Source of the DNA: Azolla caroliniana
Lineage: Eukaryota > Plantae > Polypodiophyta
Direction of reading: 5' to 3'
Length of the DNA: 64,000 bases
Assembly (NCBI GenBank): GCA_043228905.1
Contig: JBHGNT010000158.1
Span: 70-64,069 of the forward strand
Made by a program: the position numbers and the translations under genes. The notes beneath the pieces are model-generated. The model ran no database searches. It was given only the letters and a program-made list of their open reading frames with translations, and was not told the origin of the DNA. Below, in pieces: positions 1-12,013 of this stretch. The first letter of the stretch is position 1. Each line of letters begins with the position of its first letter.

Positions 1-1891
1 TTTGTTGGTTGAAAAACTTTGGATGATAAAAGTTGTCATTCTAAGGCTAAAGATATTTTGATTTCTCTCTTTTATTTAAAGCTTCTTAATTTCCATTTCT
101 CAAATAAGCCACGAGGTATAAGTTGTGTATTGTTTGGTGACTTTGGTCTTTTTATGGGCCATGTTTGACCTCTTTAAGTAAGTTGATACACCTCGTGCTA
201 TATTTTTGAGTTCTTCGCTCTATATAAAGTATTATTTGTAACAAGGCAATGTACGCAAAAGCGCCACACTTACCACTAGTTCTTCGAAAACATTGACATT
301 GTTAGTTTTGGGCAGTTTCACATCGACCAATGCGCAATAAAAATGTGAAATGCCTTAGAAAATGATATGAGAACACAAAAATGCCCCCTCAACCACAAAA
401 TTTTACTTCCAAGATAAAATGGACTCTCGTGCAAATGATTCAAACTCTCATTATCAAACACATTGAGATGACTAGATGTAATAAACAAGCAGTTACACAA
501 ATGAACATTGCCATATATTTTGAGTGTGTTTGAGAATGGTATTGTCAAATGAGAAAATAATGATAAGAGATGCTACCAATGCAATCCATCGCTTATAACA
601 CATAATCCAAACCCACTATATCATCAATTTGCCCAAATGACCAAGAAGATATGAATGTTGTGTCATGATGGTAAGGTCAATACATTTGTTTATCTTTGCT
701 AAGTTGTTTTGATTCAGACGTATTCCAACAAGCGAATAAAGTTTAAACTTTTGAAAGCTACAAAATGAGATACTATCGTCTTCCATCATCGAGGGAAATG
801 ACTTATTCATTACAAGAGGGTGATAGAATATACTCATCTCTTTTCAATAGTGGATATGCCAAGGGCTAATGACCTTGGGGTTAGAATCCTTGCATGATCT
901 TGCATCTCGACACACGTGTGCACGAAGACATGACACATAGCTAAATGTCATATTAGTAATTAAGAGAGCACCATGTCATCAAGTCTACTCCTTCATTCTC
1001 CAATGTGTATATGAAACTATACCCATGTTTTACATTGAAGAATTTGAACGATCGAAGTGCGAGTAACAATGATCTCCACAATAATGCATCCTTTATTCAA
1101 AAGAAATGTGCACATAGGATATTCGTGGATAACAAAACAAAGTGCAGTGACAGAATTTGTGGTATTGCAAGAACCAAAATGTTAAAACAACAAATAATAC
1201 AAGGTAAAATCCAAATACATATGTAAGTCAAATTTCACAATAGTACGATACACATGCACATCACACAAGAAACGCCCTTTGTTATCCACGTGGCTAAGGC
1301 AACCGCTCAATGAAATGTCTTTAGGGTGGATTGTCAAGTTATCACGATACAATAAAGCTCCAAAGCAAAGGGTTTGAGTCTTAACGTGGCGCCGATTTCA
1401 TGCTCGATGAGAAAAGGGTTAAAAAAATAAAAGGCACTCTTGAAGTTGTTCAAGCCAAGGTTAACAAGATATTACCCACATACCAAGGCAATACATTAAA
1501 TACCGAGGATTCTGACTTACAAGCAATTGTATGCAAGGCAATAAGCTTGGAATCAAGCAAACACCCACACCTTTTCTCATTCATACTTGCTTCACACATT
1601 TGATGGATACACAAGAAGGGAGGTAGTAAAAGAAACATCGAGGCATCGATATATGGGCGGCTAACCGGTGGATGGATGGGCGGGTGCCGGACATTTCGGC
1701 CTCAAGAGGAGCCATTATGATATCCAACATATGTATATGGATGTATGTATGTATGTTAACACAAAGAAACACCATGGTTGTTTGTGTTGTTGAGTGCATC
1801 ATATCATGAAGAAACAAACAACATGTTTTTTTGCTTGTGTTGTTCAAATGTTGAGTGCATAGCATAAACATGACATGATAAACCCCAAAAC

Positions 1892-1923
1892 AAGAAGAAG
1901 AAGAAGAAGAAGAAGAAGAAGAA
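1892..1923. repeat. (GAA)n microsatellite
   Basis: Run of aagaagaag..., about 10 units. Confidence 0.9.
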
Positions 1924-1979
1924 CAGAAGACACAATGCAAAAATGCACTAGGCGCATCTACTCTGTTTTTTGAAGACCA

Positions 1980-2254
1980 GAGCAGAGTAGAGCAGAACAG
2001 GGGAGCAGGATTGAAGAGCAGAACAGAACAGGGGAGCAGGATTGAAGAGCAGAACAGAACAGGGGAGCAGGATTGAAGAGCAGAGCAGAGCAGAACAGAA
2101 CAGAACAGGGGAGCGGGATTGAAGAGCAGAGCAGAGCAGAGCAGAGCAGAACAGGGGAGCAGGATTGAAGAGCAGAGTAGAGCAGAGCAGAGCAGAGCAG
2201 AACAGGGGAGCAGGATTGAAGAGCAGAGTAGAGCAGAACAGAACAGGGGAGCAG
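1980..2254 (+). repeat. Compound minisatellite with unit GATTGAA-(GAGCA/GAACA)n-GGGGAGCAG, about 7 copies
   Basis: Core gattgaagagcag...aacaggggagcag recurs with a variable number of internal 5-mers. It generates the spurious CSALL/SRAEQ ORFs. Confidence 0.9.
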
Positions 2255-2272
2255 GAGCAGGAGGAGGGAGCA

Positions 2273-5200
2273 ATGGAGGAGGTCGAGGGAGGGCTTCCTC
2301 TCGCCCACCACCACGACTCCATGGAGCTAGCGCACGCCTCTACCATCTCTCGCTTGCTTGCTCCGCCATCGCCTTCAGCCTTGCAGGTGCTTCGTCTGCC
2401 CTTCATGTACGTGTTCATGTGCTGCCTAAGCATTGTCCCATGCCTCTCTACATACTTATCCCCCCATCTTTCTTTCAAACCATTCTTCTCAAAATGTTAT
2501 CTTTTTTCTCCCCATCACTGACATCCTTTTCGCTGTCAATTCCATTTTGGTTCAAAATTTACTGAAGAATGCTGATTTCCTTGTCTCTAGAACGTTAATT
2601 CGTCCCTGCAAGAGACAGTGCATGTAACTAGCCCTTTTCTTTCATCACAGGCTTATTACACTAGGCTCATGGAGGAACATAACTATTCAGGGTTGGAAGT
2701 GAAGTACATTGGGAAAGACATTGGAAAAGGTGCATTCTTGCTGGGTCATTTGTTGAACAATTCCTATTCTACCGATAGGTGATGTCTACGTTGGTCTTAC
2801 TGACAATCACAAATTAATGCAACTCTTTACAGGTGTTTTCGCTACAAGAAATTACGATGAAGATGAACTCGTGTTTAAAGAGCATATGCTTGTTGGGGCA
2901 CAGCATAGCCATAACAAGGTACAACTACCAGATGTAAAGAGATTAACTTAGTGCTTAAGATGTGTCTTTGTAGAAATTAAAATTATAAATGATTGAGACA
3001 AGCCTGTAGTAAATTCAAATGCTGGAAATTTGTTTTTTGTATTTCCACCAAATATGGCTCATGGATAATTATCTTTCTGGTACTGTATATGAATTTTCTT
3101 CTGAATGGGTAGAAAACACATACCATCCATTCAAACTCTCGTCTCTCTGCCTCTCTCTTCGTGGCAGTTAAATCATGCAATGTTCTTGTTTCCAATTTGC
3201 ACAGGCCGATGCATTGGTTTGCAGCTTCTGCTACTGTTTTGTTGGGTCGATTGAACTGCAAATTGGAAGGCGCATCCATGCATACATGCAACAGGAAGTT
3301 GATAAGTCTGGTTCCACTCTTAATGATAAATCATCTTCCTCTGTCATGGGCTGTTCTGATCATACAGATTGCAATGAGAAAATGTTGAGGGACAGTATTG
3401 ACCTGCCTGATGGTCTTGTAGAATCATTAATCACTGGGAATATCTGCCTCCCATATTCTGATTGCTTTTCGTTACCATCAATAGTGAGCTGTATTGGTGG
3501 CTGTAAAGAGGAAATCTTTTGCAGGCAAGCTTCATCATTTGATACAATGTCTTAGAACTCAGATATATTATTTATCTTCTGATAAGCAGAGAACTAAAAC
3601 ATTGGAAATTTTTCATGACAGTGAAAGCTGTGCAAAAGCAGCATGGGCCTCCTACCATTCATTGCTTTGCACTGGACCAAAATCTCTCTGTCAGAACAAA
3701 GATATGCTTCTCAAGTTCATCAATCATGCAGACGGTATGCATTTTTTCTTCATGAATCCTCAATCAATTTGTGGTCACAAATATCACCAAATGATGTTAT
3801 TTTTCTTCATCTACAAACTTAACTGAGCATGTTTTAGAACCGTTTTTTGTTGTTTAGTCACATTTGGAAGGTGTCGAGAATTGTGAAATGACACAATGAT
3901 TCTTGTCTCTTGTTATGCCTTTGTTTGATATTGTACATCTCTGATTTTTTAAGTCATAATGTGTAACATTCTGAGACAAATTTTATATATTGCAGAAACA
4001 AATGATATTTTCCTTGTGGCTGCCAAGGTATTCTTTAAGAGCTTGTTATTTCTTATGACAATGTTTTAAATATTACCTCTCTCTCTCTCTCTCTTTCATA
4101 AATAATGGCTTTCATTACGAAAGAAAAAAACACACTACCATGACTAACTTGCAACAAAGTATAGCACCCTTATAGGGATCTAAATGTCAAATATGATGAT
4201 ATGTGAGCTTGCAGAGTTCTCTCTTTTCATGGTTGAAGTTTTGTGACTTCTCTAGCACTATCAGGTGCCACAAAAGAAGTCCTTTTAACTTTACAACATA
4301 TTTTCTCACCCCAACTTACGAAGCAAACTGAAGGCATTCTGCATATTCCAATTGAACTATAGCCCCCAAGACCTCAAGAACTAAAAAATAATTTGGAATG
4401 AGGCATTAGTTCATTGTTCTCAAAATTTATAAAAACCCAATTGAATGAAGATAGTCATACTCTAGTTAAAGACATCCATACTAAATTGATACATGAAAAG
4501 AAGTGATGTGTACTATGTTTTAACTCCACGGAACAAAAGAAACACATTCCTCTAACAATGTTTCTTTTGTTCAATGCATCCCCCAATTCTAAAGCTCCAA
4601 CCATGACTCTCCAAATGAATACCTTAGCTCGATCATCAAGCAAGAACACTAACATGCCTTGATCATTTGAAACCACTAAGTAATGGGCTTACGAAACCCC
4701 ATATCTTTATAACCCTTTCTTCCATCCATTTATGGTTTTCAATCAACTTGTGATAAGTATCATTTATTGATCTTATAGTCAATCTCCTATTTCCAACAAA
4801 TGTCCAATCAAGCTCTTGAGATCCCCCATCTAAATCAGGAATTGGCTCATACGATGATAATAATCCTTGCAACTTGTCCCAAATAAAGGAATAACATCTT
4901 GGAATACAAATGTTGATCTTATTGTTCGAAAGACCATTCATTTTCTTTGTGACACCAACCTCAAATTCTTGGCTATTACCAAACCTAGTCTAGCCATCCC
5001 ATTAAATTGAAGGTCAAGAAGTTGTTTACCTTCCCACCTTAACAACCTTGATGTTGCCAAAACCTCCATTTGTAATGAATTGGCACATCCCTTTCTCGTG
5101 GAGGATGCCAAGATGTCAACAAATGATTAACATTAGAGACCTTGCACATTTGATATCCCTTTTAGAATTGACATTCCACCAATTAGCTTCAACCGTCATG

Positions 5201-6998
5201 TTTCCAAGTTGAATACCCGTTTTCTCTATAAAGTATGCCACCATTTCTGTCGAAGGTTGTGCACCCTTTAAACATAAATCAAATGGAAGTAAATCGATGA
5301 GCCACCATATGCGTATATAAAATCTATATCGATGCCTGACCAAGACGCTTCGGAGTACAAACATCATCCCTGCTAGCCATGACATGACACTTTTCTCTTT
5401 TCTCTTCCATAACATTATTGGCATTGATTGTGACACCATCTCAAGAGCTTTCTTCAACCATGGTAGCAAAGGAAGATAATAAGATATCATAGAGACCATA
5501 ACGGATTGGAGCATGTTAAGCCGTACATGTAAAGGCTAGAATGGAGGCCTCCAACACATAAACTTATCCTCTAATTTTTAGATACCCATTCAATAAGTTT
5601 CACGTGAGAAACTTTTACAACATTAAGAGTGGTATATGTATTGTGAACATGAACCACCACAGAAATAGCTGTTGGATGGGTAATTAACAGAACAGGGTTT
5701 GTTAGCAATAGATACAACAAGGAAAGGGACAATTGAAGATGATTAGGCAGAGAGATGGATTGATTTGCCCTCATGATGCAATGTCCTGACCTTTTATACC
5801 GATCTTGTGAATATGTGTCTGTAGGGTTGTGCAATAGAAATACTCTTTACAACAAAAGAAGAGATGGATGGTTGATGGCAGAACAGGACGAGAAACTGGA
5901 AGGCAAGCATTGCTTCATGGACAGGGAATAGAATAAGAAAACAAATGTGTTCAAAATTTGGGAAGATGGGAGTCAACATCCCAAGGCCACAGATCCAAAA
6001 AAGATGCACTTCCTTTGCAATCAAAGCTTTATTATACACATGTAGAAGCATACACAGTGTGCTTCCCTTTTTATTCATGAGGAGAAAATTGAATGTAACA
6101 TGGATATGGAGATAGTCATACCTACTGTGATTGGTGACTTTATTGGCTTCCTTTAACTTTATTGATCTTATTATTTGCAAATTATGTGCTACGGATTTAT
6201 ATTGTCAATACATCACACCATCTTTTAATACAGGTTATATCAGGTACCATACTGAAAGCTTTGAGCTTGAAACAGCAAACAACAATGTGTTCAGATTACA
6301 CGCTACCTAACAAAGAATATGGCGAATTATTGCTTCTTCAGGCATGGGAGCCTTTTTCTATGGGCTTCAAGCGCTTGTATGAGAATGTTTCTATATGTTT
6401 GGTATTGTTTAGCAAGCAAGTCAATGTTGTTTGGGCTGGGTTTTAATGTTGATTATTTTAAATGTATAGGTGGTGGAAGTCTGTGGCGTTACCTACAGAC
6501 TTGGGAACAGATGATGAATTGGAATTTCGAAATCAAATTAGGGAGCTTGCTTCTGATGTTAGTTTTGTGGCCATACTTTTCTTTTACAAGTAAAGTAATA
6601 AATATAATGTAAGGAGGGGGTACTGTTAGAGATGAATAAGGGGAGGTTTACCTATTACGTTTGCAGGTGACACATTTGTTTCTTTGATTAAAGGTCCAGA
6701 CGATGTGCAAAAACCTTTAGATGGATGGCCAGTTTCTGTTGTTCATTGACCTTCTGTATAAATAGTAGGAAAAGTAGTCTCAAATTATTGCAAAAAAATG
6801 TTTATGTAGCCTTTATGATTCAGTACTATCATTAATTAATACGAACTTGGGGGGGGGGGGGGAGAGAGAGAGAGAAGTAGCTAGTATCTTTTTAACATCT
6901 ACGGGAGATTGATTGCGATCTATGAGACGTGGCCTAGCCCATGGAGAGGATTGCAATTTTATGTCTTTGCTGTTACGGTGCAAACCATCAAGTCAACA

Positions 6999-7045
<47 letters not shown>

Positions 7046-9344
7046 GGGAGGATGGTGAAAGTAACATTTTTGCATTTATATTAGTCCTTGAATTTGCTGA
7101 AAGGTGCAATTTTTCAAGAGGAGTATGCTGCACGTATCCTTAACCAAATATTTCTGTTGTTTTGATTACATAATGAAGTTTCTAATAATATAATTTAGAG
7201 TTCTCAAAAAAATGGAAGGATGTATGGATGTTATTTTGTTATCCTTAACCAAATATATTTCTTGTAGTCTTTTCGTTGGAGGTGTATGGACACATTATTG
7301 GAATGTTTGAGTTAAATAACCTGTAAGTTTCTGGTTTTACTGCTCTTGATGAGTTTGCTATGTCCTTAGTCAGAGATTAATTCACAAGGCGTTATGATTA
7401 TGCATTGGTATGGTGTCCTATATAATACCTGTACTACAAAAGAAAGTTCTAAATTTGGCATGGCTCTGTATCAGATAAATCACCTGCCATCTAAATATTT
7501 TATATCCATGTTTAATTCAAGACATTATTGTATTATTGTTGTAATAACAAATAGTCTAGAATACCCCCCAAAAATTTGTCATCTGGTTTGAAACATGGTT
7601 TTGGCAATATCTTTCTTGTATGAATCATTTCCCTTAATTGTGACAAAATGAACTAGATACGAGTAAAAATTGAATTATTAATCTGAGTTTGCAGTTGAAC
7701 CACATTTATAATAATGTGAATTATGACAATCAATAATGAGATCACATAGGAACAATGAGTGGTTTTTAAAGTGACTGCGTCAGTGTCTATAAGCCGTTGC
7801 AGAACTCAGGTAGCTTACTCATGTATACGAATTGTGCTGCAACTGTTTAGCATATATTTAGAATTTCGTCTTTGCCCTAGATCACATTTACTTCCATGAG
7901 GTTCTTGCATAAATCTAATGTTAGAAAATTTCTATTTTGACAAGGGATCTTGTTGTTGCTTCCCCTGTGGAAGACTATTTTATTTTCATTGATGAGCTTC
8001 CAATCGAAGAAAAGGTGTCTATAAATTCTACACTATGATGATTTTCATTATAAGGATGATTCTGGCTGAGTGAGTGACTGATGTGTGTTCCAATTGGAAA
8101 ATCAGGTTGAGATTGAGAAGATTACAAAACCTTTATTGGATGCTTTAGGTGATGAATACGATGTTCCCTGTCAAGGTACATACTTTACATTCCGGATACA
8201 ATGTTTTTTCTGTGTCAATGGTTACTGAATGACTTGGAAGTATATCCTTAGGAAAGAAAGAATGGATCTTACTAAAGAAATAATTATATGTTAGCTGAAT
8301 GTATTTTTACAATGTGTTTTGTATAATTTATTTGGTGAAGACTGTCTTTCTTAATTACTGTGGTTATTTCTTTTCTGTTCTATTCAGGAACTGCGTTTTT
8401 CGCATTACAAAGCTGTATCAATCATTCATGTTCGCCAAACATACGAGCGTTTAAGAGAGACGAGGCAGGACTCTTATGATAATAAAATTTCCCTTTTTCT
8501 CTAGACTAGTAATTATTTCTTGCCTAAATAGGTCAGCCTAATCATAGCCCATTGAAAGTACTTGTGTATATCAATGTGAGTACATAATATGTATTAGTTG
8601 CCTATAGTTTAATTTCTTGGGAATAGATGGTCATGTATATTTAGTAAGCATTGACAAACATGATACGAATCGTGTCTTGACATTTAACTGAATGTAATCT
8701 TTTGACATATGATTTACAAATGTTTTAGGATAAAGATGGCCAGGCTGTGTTGCTTGCTAGCAGGCCAATCAAGATTGGGGATCAGGTACTTCAGACCATG
8801 TTATTTATTTAGTGATGAGAAACTTCTATGATATAATTATTTATAGGGCACTGCGATATAATTCTTAGACAAGTGTCCAGATGATGAATGCTATTCTAGG
8901 TATTGAGTGATTTCTTGTTTATAGGGTTAGTATTAAAGAATGAAATATCAATTTGTGCTGTCAAGAATGGATTTAACGTGTGAAAAGTAGCAAAAGGTGA
9001 TGCTGCATAAACCTAGGTAGTTCTTATGAGCAATAACACGCGAAAACAAACTGAATTTACTCATATGACAAAGACTATGGAATTTTGGGGAGGATTCCAT
9101 TTCCCCTCTGAATTGCGCTGAACTTGTTTTCTACAGAAACAAACTTGAAAATTAGGCCAAAAATCTTCCTTTAATTTTGATCAAGTTCTTTGACTATTAT
9201 AATTGTGGGTTGCCTTTCTAATGCCAGATCACACTCTCGTATATTGATGAGAACTCTGAGTTTGAAGAGCGCAAGGCAATGCTCAAAGACTATGGCTTTG
9301 TCTGTAGTTGCTGTAAATGTCTCAAGGATTCAACAACTCTGTAG
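2273..9344 (+). CDS. ATXR2: SET/MYND-type histone-lysine N-methyltransferase, ATXR2-like, 15 exons
   Basis: Exons 2273-2386, 2651-2729, 2833-2918, 3205-3524, 3622-3734, 3996-4027, 6234-6376, 6470-6557, 7085-7133, 7268-7322, 7945-8014, 8106-8175, 8388-8464, 8729-8785, 9228-9344. They translate to IGKGVFA, LVCSFCYCFVGSIELQIGR, ETNDIFLVAAK, LFSLEVYGHIIGMFELNNLDLVVASPVEDYF, LQSCINHSCSPN and SYIDE...DYGFVCSCCKC, matching Arabidopsis ATXR2 as I recall it. The start could be the in-frame ATG at 2321. Confidence 0.9.
4400..5570 (-). mobile_element. Degenerate L1-type LINE fragment (post-RT region and zf-RVT) in ATXR2 intron 6
   Basis: Broken ORFs: MLQSVMVSMISYYLPLL..., then KVFIWRVMVGAL...CFFCSVELKHSTHHFFSC (zf-RVT-like). 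Frameshifts and stops between the pieces. Confidence 0.7.
7003..7041. repeat. (AG)n microsatellite in an ATXR2 intron
   Basis: About 19 AG units. Confidence 0.9.
7134..7267 (+). other. U12-type (minor spliceosome) GT-AG intron in ATXR2
   Basis: Donor GTATCCTT at 7134, branch-point motif TCCTTAAC at 7242-7249, acceptor AG at 7266-7267. Splicing restores the frame (EEYAA-L-FSLEVYG). Confidence 0.88.
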
Positions 9345-9628
9345 GTTCTATAGGCTATCTGCCAAGCTTCTATGTGGTCCAACAAGTAAAATACAGGAGT
9401 GGTTGATGCAATCTTCTCAAATGCTTGGCTGAATTTTCAATTTGTTTTGACAAGAGGTCTTCCTGTAGTTGCTGTAAATGTCTCAAGGATTCAACAACTC
9501 TGTAGGTTCTATAGGCTATCTGCCAAGCTTCTATGTGGTCCAACAAGTAAAATACAGGAGTGGTTGATGCAATCTTCTTAAATGCTTGGCTGAATTTTCA
9601 ATTTGTTTTGACAAGAGGTCTTCCTGTA
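9302..9628 (+). repeat. 161-bp tandem duplication spanning the ATXR2 stop codon
   Basis: ctgtagttgctgtaaatg... starts at 9302 and 9463. One substitution seen (ctcaa/cttaa). A third ctgta at 9624. Confidence 0.95.
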
Positions 9629-10219
9629 CTTGTGACCTCCTTCGAGAAATTCTATTTGATACCATTATACAGGAAGTAATAAACACCACTTACTCCACAG
9701 GCGGGAAATAGAAATAACTTCATTTATTCATATAAAAATGCAAATTTACTTTATTTCATCCCCCAATTATTGGCGTGAATTTCTGTTGAGCATTAATCAT
9801 TTATATTTTGATTAGTTATGAATACCGTTTTATTGATAAACCATGATAACAGGGACTGGTTTGATGGAACACTTGTTTGTTGGGCATTCTTTGGGAAATA
9901 GTATAGTTTGGGAATGATTTACTGGGGGGGTTCTACTTCAAATTTCTAGTCTTTTGCATATGTTTTGAGCAGTCTCCGTCGATTATATTGTAAGCTTTCT
10001 GTAGCGATTTGATGGCAGCATGGCTTTACTCATTGGAAGGGATCACGTAGCAAGTTGCAACTATGGTGCCCACCATATTTTATTATATGTATATGCATGT
10101 GCATATGAACAGGCTAGATAGAAATATGTGGGAGCATTGACAACACCATTTATGAAAAGTGTTATGGAAAAAGCAAGCTAACTTTTATTTTGTGGAGTGG
10201 CTGGCCCATATGCTATATT

Positions 10220-10407
10220 GATATATGCACTCACCTCTGATCTGGACAATTCTGTAAATGATATGGATATATGCGCTCACCTCTGATCTGGGCAATTCTG
10301 TAAATGATATGAATATATGTGCTCACCTCTGATCTGGGTAATTCTGTAAATGATATGGATATATGTGCTCACCCCTGATCTAGGTAATTCTGTAAATGAT
10401 ATGGATA
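10220..10407. repeat. 46-bp minisatellite, 4 copies
   Basis: Unit atatatgcactcacctctgatctggacaattctgtaaatgatatgg, with variants. Confidence 0.93.
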
Positions 10408-12013
10408 ATTCATACCTAGCAAATTGAATTGAAAAAAGAAAAACTATGTCCCACTACAACTATGCTTGATCAATGTTTATAAATACCATATATGCTAGTC
10501 AAAGCAATGACCATGACTACATGCTAGTCGAAAAATTAACCACTTCAGGCCATGAGAACCACCTAATTTGACATTCCAGTGGAGTCAAGGTTGATGAAAC
10601 AGCTGTTGGTCAGTTGATTTGTGCATAGGTGTTTGCTGAGGTGGAACTGTTTAGGTTTTGAATAGGGAGCTAAAGAGGAAAAAAAACGGTTAGGGTTGCG
10701 ATTCTAAATCATAGAGTAGATCACTAATACAGTAATAGGGAATATTGATATGCTCCAATATTCCCTGTTTGAATAACATGCACACTATAACTAAAAGCAT
10801 TACAAAACTGATTGTATGCTGTATCAGTTTAAAGAAAAATGGAAGGATACAAAAACGTATTTTTTTGTATAGGTATACCATAGATTCAACAAGGTGAGAT
10901 TACAAATCATTTTTGAACTCACTAAATGTGGCTTTGTTTGTAGTTTTTCTCATGGAATTGAAGATTATTAGTCTAAATGCTTGCATTAGGATTAATCACC
11001 TTAAATGCTTTTATTAAGTATTTCCTTAGTTTTTGGCTTTATGCGATGAAAATGCTAGAGATGCCTCAGCATGAAATCATCTCCCTGAACATATAACTAA
11101 CGATATGTAATTAATCCATTATGAATAGTTATGACAATGCCTTATTCCTCAACGGCTTATTAGAAATATGGCACAATTATATTGCCATGTTGAAAGGTTC
11201 CATAAACAAAAGGGATGCATGTGTGCTAAGTGATGAATTACTAACTATATACGCCAGTCAAAGAGTGGCAATAAAAATATGATATTAATAGCTCATAGTT
11301 GGAACAATAATTGAGCTCGCAACGCAAACATAAAGAAACAAATTTGGGGATATGAGTGGTAGGTCATGATCTGTTATAGAACGTGAAATTTAAGGAACAA
11401 TTGGAGAATAAAGTGTATAGTTTACTAAATCATAGGAATCCAGTTTATCATCAATGAGGTAGTAGTCAATTCAAACTGATAGCTCAAACAAGTCTTTTGA
11501 TTTTCTCCATCCAACATGGAAGTGTGCAAGAAATGAATACTTGTAGATGGATAAAACATGAAGATGTCAGGTCCTTTTTCTACATCCTACTTCAACTTTT
11601 CATCGTTAAAACATCAAAATACATACTTTTTTCTTTCTTAGACCTTGATACTCTCTATTCTTGTCTCGTAACAACTGATAAACAATGTAGACTACATGTA
11701 TTGTTCATATTTACACGGTTGTCATGAGCCACAATAAATTTACAAATGTTGTAATTAATTTACAAATGATGTTAGTGGAGATACTTATGGTGTCACTATG
11801 CATCTTCACAAATGAGATTCAATTAATTAGCATTGCGCTGGAGATATTTCATGTGCCCAAATGTCTCTTTAGACGATTTGCACTTGGCAACAAGTCACAT
11901 AGTGAATGCTTGCTCCTCTACTTGGGGTGGTCAGATGTTCCCAGAAGCATGGAAACACACAAGGAATATATCTTTATCATGGAGAATGTAAATACTCGAA
12001 AAAAATGATCATG

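Noticed and set aside
1581-2565. Long Cys/Ser/Leu-rich and SRAEQ-repeat ORFs
   Set aside because: Translations of the minisatellite. Only 2273-2386 is a supported exon.
10220-10407. Regularly spaced repeats that could suggest a CRISPR array (also 57884-58428)
   Set aside because: The units are contiguous with no unique spacers, there are no cas genes, and the context is eukaryotic.
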